The position numbers and the translations under genes were made by a program. From a virus, in the IMG/VR virus record IMGVR_UViG_3300020473_000020, positions 64,001 through 128,000 of that record: 64,000 nt of DNA. One strand, written 5' to 3'. Numbering within the stretch: the stretch's first letter is position 1; every line of letters begins with the position of its first letter. Under the pieces are notes generated by a model. It was given only the letters and a program-made list of their open reading frames with translations. It made no database searches and was not told the origin of the DNA. This document shows positions 1 to 10,500 of this stretch, piece by piece.

Positions 1-287
1 TATTGTGACCTTTTTAGTCTTAGCAGTCATCTGGTTTAGACCTTACTGTCGAGCTGTTTAGCATTGTCGAGGATCTTTTTTAAATCGGCCTCAATCTCAG
101 GCTTTAGCTCGTGGTTTTGGAAATCTTTCATAGAAAGCCTTATAAGGTTACGCGTTGCCAAGTATCTCTTGTACAACGGTATAGTCTCAATTGACCTCCA
201 TGTTACTTGATATTTTCTACTAAATAAAGACGAAAGTGCCTGCACGCTAGTAAACTAGGGCAGGCACTTTTAGCTGTTGGGATGCTT

Positions 288-986
288 CTACGCCTTTTTT
301 GTTAGGGCACGGAAAACATAAGGGAACTGGTTCTTATCGTCGGCAGGGTAGGTGCCACGCTCCATCAACTCTACATAATCACTCGGTACGTCAAAGCGCG
401 CCCAGCCTGTTTCTGCTGAGGCTTCGGCAATTGTCGTTTGTACAACCGTATGCCAAATTCGCTGTACGTCTAACTCGACTAAGGCTTGTTTGTAAATCGA
501 GTCACCGCCGATGATAAATAGCTTTTTACTCTCGTCGATGTAGTCAGGTAAACGGCGCTCAAGTTCTGCGAAGCTGGCCACAATGAGTGGCTGATGCGCA
601 CCATTGAGGCGCTTTTCGTCCTCTTCAAGCCATGCTGAAAGATTTATAGGGTCTTTCGTCATAATGACATTCAAGCGGTTAGGTAATAATCGTCCGATGC
701 TATCTAGCGTCTTACGCCCCATGATGACTACGTTATCCGTTGTCAGCGCCTTAAAGTTTTTAAGGTCTGCACTTTGCCTGAATGGTAGATTACCATTTGG
801 CGTACCTATCCACCCGTCAAGCGTAGAGCCTACAATCAGATCAAACTGTAGTCGGTTACCATCGTTGCCTTCTACCGTCGGCGGCAGGTAATCATCGTCG
901 TGGCCTTCTGGAAATTCACCATCGTTTTCTACGTCAACTAATGGCTCTTCTTGTTCAAAGTTTTCTATTTGAGTCTCATCACTCAT
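288..986 (-). CDS. folA: Dihydrofolate reductase with acidic N-terminal extension
   Basis: DHFR motifs IG..NGNLPF...ADLKNFKALT, VVIMGRKTLDSIGRLLPNRLNVIMT, FIIGGDSIY; about 45 aa D/E-rich leader. Confidence 0.93.
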   Translation of the reverse strand: MSDETQIENFEQEEPLVDVENDGEFPEGHDDDYLPPTVEGNDGNRLQFDLIVGSTLDGWIGTPNGNLPFRQSADLKNFKALTTDNVVIMGRKTLDSIGRLLPNRLNVIMTKDPINLSAWLEEDEKRLNGAHQPLIVASFAELERRLPDYIDESKKLFIIGGDSIYKQALVELDVQRIWHTVVQTTIAEASAETGWARFDVPSDYVELMERGTYPADDKNQFPYVFRALTKKA

Positions 987-1006
987 TTGGTACCTCAGCG
1001 TTTCAA

Positions 1007-1366
1007 TTATTGGTTATTAAGTTGCTTTTTAAGGGCTTCGTTATCAAGCTTCGCGTTGTGCAATGCGGCCTTCGTTTCTTCTAACTCTAAAAGCACAGGG
1101 ACTCGGCGCTGTATATCTAGCAGTGCTCGGTCGCAAAGACCCGCGACTTCTTGATTATCCGTTGCTACGCGGATCCGATGAAACTCATCCGCCTGTAAGT
1201 CAAGCTGGTCAAGTAACTGGTCAATGGTGCCCCACGCGGTGGCTAGCTGTGGATTTTCAGCTAGGGCAGCACTATCGGGGCGGTCTATTGTAATACTTGG
1301 TTTTACGTGCATTATCGTCTCCTTGGTTAAAAAGTTTGCAGCGTACCACAGCATGTGCACAGGCAC
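1007..1366 (-). CDS. Hypothetical protein, C-terminal coiled coil (true start possibly at the internal MHVKP)
   Basis: ORF in the minus-strand gene run. Confidence 0.55.
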   Translation of the reverse strand: MPVHMLWYAANFLTKETIMHVKPSITIDRPDSAALAENPQLATAWGTIDQLLDQLDLQADEFHRIRVATDNQEVAGLCDRALLDIQRRVPVLLELEETKAALHNAKLDNEALKKQLNNQ

Positions 1367-1644
1367 CCGTCAGAGCTAACCATGAAGAACTCATTACTAC
1401 ATGCTGCGCATTCCCAGTAGTTATCAGGCGCAGTTAGTAGACTCATTATACCTTTATGCAGGCCACACTCTGGACACGTAAAGGTGGTCTCACCTACCTC
1501 TGAGACACACTGCCAGCTATGGCGGCATGCCAAACAAGTAGCCTTGCCTTCTAGGTACTTGTATTTATCGGCATCCGACGGTTTGTCGTCAACCTCTTTA
1601 TTACGGCGCTTGAACGCGTCGAATTGTACAACTTTATCGTCCAT
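1327..1644 (-). CDS. Small multi-CxxC zinc-ribbon protein
   Basis: CLAC, CPEC, CAAC and CTCC motifs in 105 aa. Confidence 0.7.
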   Translation of the reverse strand: MDDKVVQFDAFKRRNKEVDDKPSDADKYKYLEGKATCLACRHSWQCVSEVGETTFTCPECGLHKGIMSLLTAPDNYWECAACSNEFFMVSSDGCLCTCCGTLQTF

Positions 1645-1746
1645 ATAACGCCCTTTGGGTCACACCCAGTTCAATTACATGGCTTTCGCCAATTTCTCAT
1701 AGTCTCACGGTGCATTATATGCCCAATCGAAGCACTGTCAAACCTA

Positions 1747-2334
1747 CTATGACTCAATTGTAATGCGTATATCGTCAGGGCTTACGCCTAGCGTTAGCGC
1801 TAAACGGCGCTTAGCTTCTGGGATCGTTAGCGGGGTTTCATCTGCCGTAGGCTGAGTAGTTTCTGTGCTGTCCCCAGTCTCACGCTCTTCTTGGTTTAAG
1901 TCCTCATCGTCGACTTTTAGCTCCATAGTTGGGGCAGGCATCGCTTTCCAAGCAAGTGCATCAAGGTCAAAGTGATTGCTTAACTCATCAGTCTGTGTGT
2001 AGCGTACAGGGTTACGGTTCGCTGTAAGGAATGATTTCAGGTCGATCTCTGCGTACTCGCTAAACTGTATAGAATATCGCTGAGCATGGTTTGCGTGGCG
2101 CTTAGGCAGCTTAATGACATCCTTTATTTTGCCAATAACAAACATGTGCTTGTGAGGTGCTGAGACGCCGCCCCAGTCATTACCTTCATTAGCAAAGCTT
2201 CTGTTCTGAATTACGACAGCGTAATCCGCACGCTTTGCACGCCTTGGGTCGAGAACCCATGCTTGGGTACCCCCTTCTTTAATGATGCGTTCGATACCTC
2301 GGGCACTAAATACTGATACAAACTCGTTAGTCAT
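1747..2334 (-). CDS. Hypothetical protein; N-terminal beta-rich domain and small C-terminal domain (LTIPEAKRRLALTLGVSPDDIRITIE)
   Basis: 195-aa ORF preceded by a purine-rich RBS (AGGGG). Confidence 0.7.
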   Translation of the reverse strand: MTNEFVSVFSARGIERIIKEGGTQAWVLDPRRAKRADYAVVIQNRSFANEGNDWGGVSAPHKHMFVIGKIKDVIKLPKRHANHAQRYSIQFSEYAEIDLKSFLTANRNPVRYTQTDELSNHFDLDALAWKAMPAPTMELKVDDEDLNQEERETGDSTETTQPTADETPLTIPEAKRRLALTLGVSPDDIRITIES

Positions 2335-2513
2335 AACTTACCCCTATGCAGGCGATTACGTTTAATTAGCTGCGAGCATAGTAGATACTTTCTCTTGGCT
2401 TTTCAAGCCAAAGTATCGTAAAAGTATTTAAAAAGCCTAGAGCACTAAATTAAGCCTTTGTTTTTAGTGGTGAATTATTTTGAAAAGTATTTTAGAGGTC
2501 TCTGGATTTGCAT

Positions 2514-2543
2514 AAAAAAAAGGGGTGCATCGCTGCGCCCCTT
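2514..2543 (-). terminator. Rho-independent terminator after the vWA gene
   Basis: Stem AAGGGGTGCA/TGCGCCCCTT followed by a T-run on the minus strand. Confidence 0.7.
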
Positions 2544-2562
2544 GGTTTCTGTAACTAAATAG

Positions 2563-5500
2563 TTAGCGTGGGTCTTTGAGCTTTACCATGGCTGCCGTGC
2601 CATCGTTCTCAACAACCATGCCCTCAAAGTTGATCTTCGACTTCCACTTCTTAGCATTATTGTCATGGAACTGGTACAAGTATTCCACGGTACGCGCGCC
2701 TTGTGTAAGCCAGCACATGTTCAGCCAAGGTAGCTTGCCGCCCTTGACGTTCATGGCCTTCACTAAGCGCGCAGGTACGATACTCTTAGGCGAACCATCA
2801 CCGTCAATGCTCGTACCACCTCGGTATCTATCATCAAAGATGTCAAAGTCAGAGATAACCATTACGCCGCCAATTACGAGCTGAGTCGGGTCACCCTTAT
2901 ACTTTGTCTTATCAAACTTGGCGGTACCTTCAAACAGTTGAACTAGGTACTCATACGCTGGTGAAATAAACGACCCCGAAGATTTCAAATACTTCGGCAT
3001 GGCTTTATCAAGCTCTTTAACCGTATAGATACCTGAACCATACTCCCGACCGTCAAAGTTGATAGGAACTACGTACTTAACACCCATCTTCTTATCAAGC
3101 TCGAACACTGTTGCAGCTATCGCTTTTGAAATAAGTCTTGCTGACGATGCTAAGGAACCCGAGGCATCAATGATAACCACAAGTGCCTTATCACCCGAGC
3201 CACGTCGAACAGGCATGTCGTCGTCCGCGCCCCAAGCGCCCTTAATTCGACGGCTAAGCTTAGAAGCGTTGTGACCTACTTCTGTATCGATCTTAAAGCC
3301 TTTGACCTTACGCGCCCACTTACGAATAAGCGATACCAAGCCCATAGTTTGTCGATCTGCACGTTGGCCGCCTCCAAACTGGTAGGCATCACTGCCTTTA
3401 CCTGCGTTTTGAAGTTGGTCTCGTACGTTGTCTAGGTCAAGCTCACCATCGTTCTTCTCACGCTCGTTACGGTTGTCCTCCATAGTTTCGCCAGCTTCAC
3501 GAAGCATGTCGTTCATCTTATCGAGGTTATCCTTTAAGCGCTGCTGAGCTTCTTTACGCTTAGCACGCTCTTCGTCTGTATCAGGATCGCGGTCAAACAT
3601 ATCAGACGTATCTGGCTGCTCATCGTCGCCATCAGCATCGCTGCCGTCTGCGTCCGAATCTGCATCAGAGTCTGAGTTAGCGTCGGTGTTGTCAGTGTCG
3701 TTACCATCACCCGAGGTCGAGTCACCGCTCATATCGCTATCGTCATCAGCGTCGTCACCCTCTGGTTGACCACCTTGAGTTGTGTCAGGTCTATCGACGG
3801 CGTCATCAGACTCATCATTTGAGCCGATAGTACTGCTATTCATGTCGTTCGCCAGCGAGTCTAAGTAGTCATCCCAGTCAGATTCAGAGTCTTGCTCTTC
3901 TGAGTCGGCATCACCGCCACCGCTTTGCTGGTCGTCGCTGTCTGCGTCGGCATCGTCCCCTGATTGGTCACTTCCACCGCCACTCTGGTTTGAGTCTGCA
4001 TCAGGTGAATCACCATCGCTATCAGCTGCATCGTCTTGGTTGCTTGTTGCATCCGAGTCAGTACCTGACTGGTCTTGGTCGCCATCGGTATTATCACCAG
4101 CCGCATCATTACCATCTTGGTCGTTATCGACATCGTCACCCGTTGTGCTGTCCCCGTCTTGGTCGTCACTAGGGTCTAAATCGTCGTCGGTACCATCACC
4201 CGCTGTGCCGTCACCACTTTGGTCGGCCGAAGCGTCTTGGTCGTCTTCGTCGTCAGGGTCTTCGTCGTTAGCATCACCGCCACCTGCCGCATCATTATCG
4301 TCATCTTCGTCGTCGGTACCATCATCTTGAGAGGCACCACCGCCAGCTGAGCCATCATCTTGAGGTGGCATATCAGGCTCATTGTTGACTTCAATATCTG
4401 GTTGCGGCTCAGGGTCTTCATCTGACCCATTATCTTGCTGCTGATTAGGGTCGACTTGAACCTCATCGCGTACATCAAGATAAACAGGGCGAAGGTCTTT
4501 CGCGCGCTTAACTTCTAGCTCGTCTTCTTTGATCAGGTTATCAGCTGTAGTCGCAAGTAAGACCTCATCGAAGACATTATCATTGAGGCGTACAGGTGCA
4601 TTTGGTGAACCACCGACATTCGCCAATGCGGTTGCTTTAGCGATTTCTTCGTCATTTAAAACGCCACTGTCCTTATTACCTTGAACAGCGCTCATGATCT
4701 TACCCGATAACGTGCCATTCAAGCGTGTTACTGGGTACGTTAGTAACTGCTGAGCACCTTGCTCGTCATTTGGCAGCACACCGATTACGACTTGGTAGAT
4801 GCCAGTTACTTTATCGAGAACCACATCGCCACGTTCCATTTCTGGCGTGTAAATTTCTGGCTCTTTTTGTGTATCTTCTGGGGCTGCTTGGTCACCTGCG
4901 TCACCTGCGTCGTTGTCTTTTTCAACCTCTGTCACAGTCACATCAGGCTTACGTGCATCGCCGTAAGTTGGCTTCTTCTTAACTAGCTCGTCGTCAGTTA
5001 GTGTTGCGCTAAACGCACGACGTACCATTAATTCTAAATCCCAGAAAGAGGGGAGTGGTAGTGTACCGTCTGCGAAGAAGGTATATTCCTCTGGCATGGT
5101 TTCGAGCCTTCCGATATTAACATCATCAGCTCGGTTAACAACAAAGATAACTGGGAACCAAACGTCATAAGACATTTTGTCTTGTGCTGAGCTAAGCTCG
5201 TCAAGTAGTGCCTCGCGGTAGTCAGGCGAATTTCCGCTATCTTTAAGGCGGTTCTGAACGTCGCTTACTTTAGCTGCGTCAAGATTGCCCTTGCCGAATA
5301 CAATTTGGTCACCAATATACCAACGGCCACATGTAATACGGTTAAACGTTGCACCCGTACTAGTATTGCCTCGGGCATCCATTGTACGGAACTCAGGGAC
5401 TGTATAACCGCCATTGGTCGCAGGCATATCGAACATCGCCGACATAAAGCGGTTATTCATTAGCTCTTCAATCGGTACCGTGTTACTCATCACGCGTTGA

Positions 5501-6399
5501 AGTGCTTTACTGTTGGTCTTGTTTACCACAGGTGGTAACTGCATGTCCTTCAAGCCTTGGTTTACATCAGCATTGAAGTGATCATAAATAACGTGCAGAA
5601 GTTCGTGGCCAATCATATAACCGAGTGACGCCATCGCACCACCATAGTTTTCCATACCGCTTAGACCGACTTTTGCAGCAACCATGTCTTGTACAATAGC
5701 TTTTGCAATAAAGGCAGGGTTATAGCGTAGGATCCGCTTAGTCGTCGTGACTTTCTGTACGTAAAGCGTCGAGCCTTTTTCACGAGTTTCTTCTACGGCA
5801 CCAAGCTCTTGATACATCTTTGAGAACGTTGGCATGTTCGACATGCTCGCAACAAAGCGCGCCATCAATTGAATATCTGACGGTTTTAAGCTTAGCTCGG
5901 GAACGTCAGCCATAATGTGCTGGTGGTCGTCCCAAATACGGTTTTTAACCGTTAAGGCGCTTGATTTAGCTGATACAACTTGGCGACCACTCGTGAAAAC
6001 CTCTTCGACAGGCATCGTTGTTGCGTGACCTGCGGCTGAGAAGCTTTTATCTTTTAGTGCATCTTGTAAGAGGGCACTTAAATCATCACGCTGTGCTAGG
6101 GTGTTTTGGATCACACTCTGAGGTGCATCAAGAAGTGGGACGCCGCCCATATTCTTTACCATGCGATCCATGTCTGAGTAGCGCACACCTTGGCGGCTTG
6201 CTAGAGCAACACCATTGTACACTTCTACGTTGTTTGTTTCTGAGTTTACTCGTGCCAAGAAGCCAAAGGTTTGACCTTGGTCTTGGATATTACCTGCGGC
6301 GCGTGTCAACACAGAGGTATAGTCAGAAATATCGGCAGTAACTTTCTGGTTAATGATCTCTTTTACTGCTGATTCAAACTCTAATAATGACAGTCCCAT
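2563..6399 (-). CDS. Metallopeptidase-like (HExxH) + long D/E-rich linker + C-terminal vWA/MIDAS protein (DUF2201-like MoxR partner)
   Basis: GHELLHVIYDH; about 300 aa Asp/Ser/Gly-rich tract; VVIIDASGS MIDAS and MVISDF; in the same gene run as the AAA+ gene. Confidence 0.75.
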   Translation of the reverse strand: MGLSLLEFESAVKEIINQKVTADISDYTSVLTRAAGNIQDQGQTFGFLARVNSETNNVEVYNGVALASRQGVRYSDMDRMVKNMGGVPLLDAPQSVIQNTLAQRDDLSALLQDALKDKSFSAAGHATTMPVEEVFTSGRQVVSAKSSALTVKNRIWDDHQHIMADVPELSLKPSDIQLMARFVASMSNMPTFSKMYQELGAVEETREKGSTLYVQKVTTTKRILRYNPAFIAKAIVQDMVAAKVGLSGMENYGGAMASLGYMIGHELLHVIYDHFNADVNQGLKDMQLPPVVNKTNSKALQRVMSNTVPIEELMNNRFMSAMFDMPATNGGYTVPEFRTMDARGNTSTGATFNRITCGRWYIGDQIVFGKGNLDAAKVSDVQNRLKDSGNSPDYREALLDELSSAQDKMSYDVWFPVIFVVNRADDVNIGRLETMPEEYTFFADGTLPLPSFWDLELMVRRAFSATLTDDELVKKKPTYGDARKPDVTVTEVEKDNDAGDAGDQAAPEDTQKEPEIYTPEMERGDVVLDKVTGIYQVVIGVLPNDEQGAQQLLTYPVTRLNGTLSGKIMSAVQGNKDSGVLNDEEIAKATALANVGGSPNAPVRLNDNVFDEVLLATTADNLIKEDELEVKRAKDLRPVYLDVRDEVQVDPNQQQDNGSDEDPEPQPDIEVNNEPDMPPQDDGSAGGGASQDDGTDDEDDDNDAAGGGDANDEDPDDEDDQDASADQSGDGTAGDGTDDDLDPSDDQDGDSTTGDDVDNDQDGNDAAGDNTDGDQDQSGTDSDATSNQDDAADSDGDSPDADSNQSGGGSDQSGDDADADSDDQQSGGGDADSEEQDSESDWDDYLDSLANDMNSSTIGSNDESDDAVDRPDTTQGGQPEGDDADDDSDMSGDSTSGDGNDTDNTDANSDSDADSDADGSDADGDDEQPDTSDMFDRDPDTDEERAKRKEAQQRLKDNLDKMNDMLREAGETMEDNRNEREKNDGELDLDNVRDQLQNAGKGSDAYQFGGGQRADRQTMGLVSLIRKWARKVKGFKIDTEVGHNASKLSRRIKGAWGADDDMPVRRGSGDKALVVIIDASGSLASSARLISKAIAATVFELDKKMGVKYVVPINFDGREYGSGIYTVKELDKAMPKYLKSSGSFISPAYEYLVQLFEGTAKFDKTKYKGDPTQLVIGGVMVISDFDIFDDRYRGGTSIDGDGSPKSIVPARLVKAMNVKGGKLPWLNMCWLTQGARTVEYLYQFHDNNAKKWKSKINFEGMVVENDGTAAMVKLKDPR

Positions 6400-6467
6400 A
6401 TAGGCTGTCCTCCATTTCTCTCAAGTCTCGATTTAGGGGAGTCCTAAGTGACTCCCCCTCGTGCAGT

Positions 6468-7523
6468 TTAACTCTTACGAATAAGCTGCGGCATGTCTTT
6501 CAAGATAGCGTTAGCACGTTTGATTAACGCGTCACCGTCAAGCGTTTCTTTACGACTAGCTTGTTCGTCTAGATGCTCGGCCAGTTTGTTAACCATCGTT
6601 TCAACCATCTTCGTCATGTCAACGTACTCGATAGTCTCAGAAGCCGTATCACCTGATACACGTGGCGTCATGTTGATGTTTGAGTTAGCTAACGTTTGAC
6701 GGCCTTTAATCGCTTTCGCGACAACCTTATCATAACGAGCGTTCTTACGAGATACTTCGTTACGTGGTAGGCTCGTGACGCCCATGATAGCGCCTAAGCT
6801 CTTTTGTAACCACTTATACAAGTTCAGTGCCTCGTCGTAGCTAAAAAAGTTACCCGTCGTTACGTGGTCGCGTACCATGCTTAGCGCCATAGACGTTGAC
6901 ATGGCTGAGTATAAACCAAGCAGTAAGTGAGCAATGCCTTTGGCGTAATCTTCGTGAATCGAGCTTACAGGTGTGTCTAAATTGATGTTATCAATATTAG
7001 CCATGTTGTAGCGTACAAGCGTAGCCGAATCTAGCGTAGCCATGAGCGCCGCAACGATTGAGCTATCTAGCGATTCAGCGGTGTCCATCAAGACGTCATA
7101 ACGTAGCTTGAAATTGGCTGGATTAAAGCCTGTACCTAGCACATGACCTGATAAGTCACCAACGAGGTTATCCATATTCGTGTTAGACGTTACGGTGGCG
7201 TTATAGATACCACCCGCAGCGGCTGCGTTATTAGCACCTACACCACCTGCGCTCTGACTATCCATAGACACCTTGCCTGACCCATCCGTTTTAAGCATGG
7301 AAGGCGTGATACGGTAAACAAGGTCGTTAGGCGAAAAGCCTAACAACTCTGCTGCACGATTTAAGTGGTAGCGTGTTAACGAATAACAGCCAGTGCGCTC
7401 ACGCGCACCCACTAAGTCTGACTTTTTCATGCCAAAGATATTGGCAAGGTCTGTTCTTGTTAGTAGCGGATCTTCACCTTTTTCAATCAGTGACGCCGCT
7501 ACACTAAAACCATTAATTAACAT
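6468..7523 (-). CDS. Hypothetical protein in the AAA/vWA operon
   Basis: 351-aa ORF tightly packed between the AAA and vWA genes. Confidence 0.75.
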   Translation of the reverse strand: MLINGFSVAASLIEKGEDPLLTRTDLANIFGMKKSDLVGARERTGCYSLTRYHLNRAAELLGFSPNDLVYRITPSMLKTDGSGKVSMDSQSAGGVGANNAAAAGGIYNATVTSNTNMDNLVGDLSGHVLGTGFNPANFKLRYDVLMDTAESLDSSIVAALMATLDSATLVRYNMANIDNINLDTPVSSIHEDYAKGIAHLLLGLYSAMSTSMALSMVRDHVTTGNFFSYDEALNLYKWLQKSLGAIMGVTSLPRNEVSRKNARYDKVVAKAIKGRQTLANSNINMTPRVSGDTASETIEYVDMTKMVETMVNKLAEHLDEQASRKETLDGDALIKRANAILKDMPQLIRKS

Positions 7524-7536
7524 TGTCTAGTACCCC

Positions 7537-10500
7537 TTATTTCCAGACATCACGAAGCAAGCGTGAATAGCGAGAAAACGCTTGAATCATGTCTTTATTC
7601 ACGAGCTGTTGCTGGCGTTCAGACACTGACAGGCTCACATCACTGTCAATCACAACTGATGGATCAATGTTCATTGACGTAAGCGTATCTCGAAGATTTT
7701 GAGATACTTTCGCTGACACCTTGTCTTCATCGGCTAGTACGCCCATCGAGCGCGTATTAGCAATACCAGCCATAACGATTTGTGTATCAGTGAAATCGTG
7801 TGAGTCGTCCGACGCAAGCGCTGACGGAGAACGTAACAAGTCTAAAGCTTGCAGCTGATCGACTTCTTTTGTACCGCCCTGTTTAACGAACGTTGCTTCG
7901 TAATTGATTTGTGCGAAGGTTGCACTGTGTACAAGGTCATCTTCTGAAAGGTTCGCTAGTGCACCTAAGTTACCTGCTCCCTCATCACCCATAAAGGCTG
8001 TTGGGCGAGCAGGGGTACCGTCCATCGTGACTTGAGCAACAGCTAGTGCGATACGGCGTAGCTGATCACCCTCAAGTCCAATAACGGAAGGTGTTTCAAC
8101 AATAGGTATCTCAAGCAGCTGCTGATGAGGTGCCGCGATAACATCTTCTACGCGTAACGTAATAGCAACACCATATCGGTTGCCCTTGTACACAAGGTCT
8201 AGGAACCAGTCTGGATTCTCTTTTGCTGCTTCTGTATTACGTGATGCGTTATCAATGCGAGAAAGTGGCAATACATCTTTTAGGTGAAGTGCATAAGCTT
8301 TAGATGACTTACCGATAATGGTTGTGCCCGCGTAGTTGCCTTTACCTTGATCAAAACGATGTAGCGTGTTGTAGTCAGGGTAGATATGGCCATCGTGTGC
8401 GTTGACACTGCCTAAAGACATAAGCTCGAAGCGTTTATTATCTTCAAAGAAGCGGCCAACGGCGTCGATTGTTGAGCGGCCACGCGCTTCCATCATAACA
8501 CCAAGGAGTGCTGCGGCCTGTAGTGGGCTGATACCCTTATCGGCTAGGTAGTTCGTTGCGTCTTTAACCGTTTTGAAATCGCCATTCCATGAGAAGGACT
8601 TAGCGTTTTCATTAGTGACAGCTTTCTTGTAGACGTCGGTACCCGATGAAATAGCAGGTAGCACTACCGTTTCGATTGCATCTGCATTATCTAGGCGTTC
8701 GCCAATTGAACTTGCGAAAGACTTAAAGATAAGGCTTGTTGCCGTAATGACCTTTGGCACTTCGAGCATATCTACAACTAGCTTGTTTAGTGTCTCTACT
8801 GCTTTTTCTGCACCTGACACTTTGTTACGGTAGTCGTTTAAGAACATTGAGATACGAGCGTCCGTGATAGGGCGCGCTGCCGCTAATGGATGGCCGTTGT
8901 ATACGTTCTTCAATCGTAATAAATGAGCTGCCGATGGTTTGAGGTCTGGATTTTGCGCCAGTGTGTCCTCAAGAAGACGGATGAATAGCTCATTAAAGTC
9001 GAGTGTCGTCTCTGAGGCTACCATTGCCATGTGGCGGTTAATTAGACCTTCAAGCTCTTCATCACTGGCCGACTCGTTGAAAAGTTCAAGTGGCTCAAAG
9101 CCTGCTACCTGTGCGGCCGCTACCGATTTCTCAACATAGAATTGTTCTAGTGCTTCGCCAACAACGTCTTTGGCGTAGTCAGGTACGATACCTGCGTATG
9201 TAAGCTGAACGCTCGCATCGTCTAGCGTGTTCTCAATTTCTTCGATCACGGCTTGGCAGCGGAACATAAAGCTGTTCAGGTTTCCGAACTGGTCTTTAAG
9301 GCGGCTAATCGTCTCCATATCACCGTTCGTGATGCTGATACATACATCACGGATAGCATTGAAGATGTCTTTTGCGGCCACTGTTGAGGTGTTCGGTAGT
9401 TCAAGTGCCGTGTGTAAACCTGTCGACTTTAACTCACGTAAAGGGTAGCCCATGTTCGGGTCTTCTTTAAACAAGATAAGGTCAGGGTTTTCACTTACTG
9501 CAATGAATGCCTGTGCCTGTGCTAATACAGGGTCTGCACCACCTGCGGCAACGGCCGCTTCGCTTAATGCAATGTTTGCATAAACGTAAGGGTGGTTTGT
9601 TACCATCATATTGTGCAACGCTTGAAGAGTACGCATTGTGAATACTGGGCTGGCTAGGCCGCCTTCGTTTTCATCGTCGTAGTCATCACCGCCCATTTCG
9701 TCATAAGGCGTGTTAAGCAGCTCCATTAGGGTCTCAGCACCCATCTTTTCAGCAACGTAATGCGCAGCTGGCAGTTCGGTCTCTAAGTACTCAATGAATT
9801 GCTCAGTATCACGCAATGAGACTTCACGTGTAATTTTAGTCGCGAAACGGTGTAGCGTTGCCGTATCAATTGGTGCAGCATCAAACGTTGAACCCATAGA
9901 GCCTGACTCTGCGTCAAAACCTTCTGAGTCATCGTAGTTACCTGCTGCAATTACTGAGTAATTGATGCCAGATAAGTCACAACCAAAGAGACGAGAATCT
10001 GAGATCGCTTCAAACACGGCTGACTGTACTACTGGTGTACAACGGTTGATCTCATCGAAAACAAGTACAAGACGTTTGCCTTCTTCTTGTGATTCGCGGA
10101 TCGCGTCAAGCTGGTCTTGAAGCTGTTTGTTCGGGATGTAGCTCGTTGTCTGATGTGGTACATCGCCATTTTGTTTCACTTCGGCTTCAAATGCTTCAAA
10201 CAGTGGTGATGTAACCGCCGCCATTTTTGCGTTCAGCGCATCTTCTTTCGAGGCAGCGCCTTTCTCTTTAAAGCCAAAGCCAAATGCTTCGCGTAGGAAT
10301 GGAGCAGGGCGTGGGAAACCACCCACGTTTACACGGTCAGTACTTGAAAGGTCAATGCGGATGGCTTCGTCATCGTTTTTCTTAATGGCCTGATTGATAC
10401 CAGCTGTTTTAGCGATACCCATACGGCCTAAAAGCATTAACGGTAGACCCGCACGATAAGTGTGGTCAATGAAGCTTTCTGAATCCGTCGTCGTGATGTC

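Noticed and set aside
3534-4478. Several overlapping short ORFs in alternative frames or on the opposite strand (also at 17530-18048 and 34289-34647)
   Set aside because: Shadow ORFs produced by low-complexity or repetitive coding sequence of the main genes.
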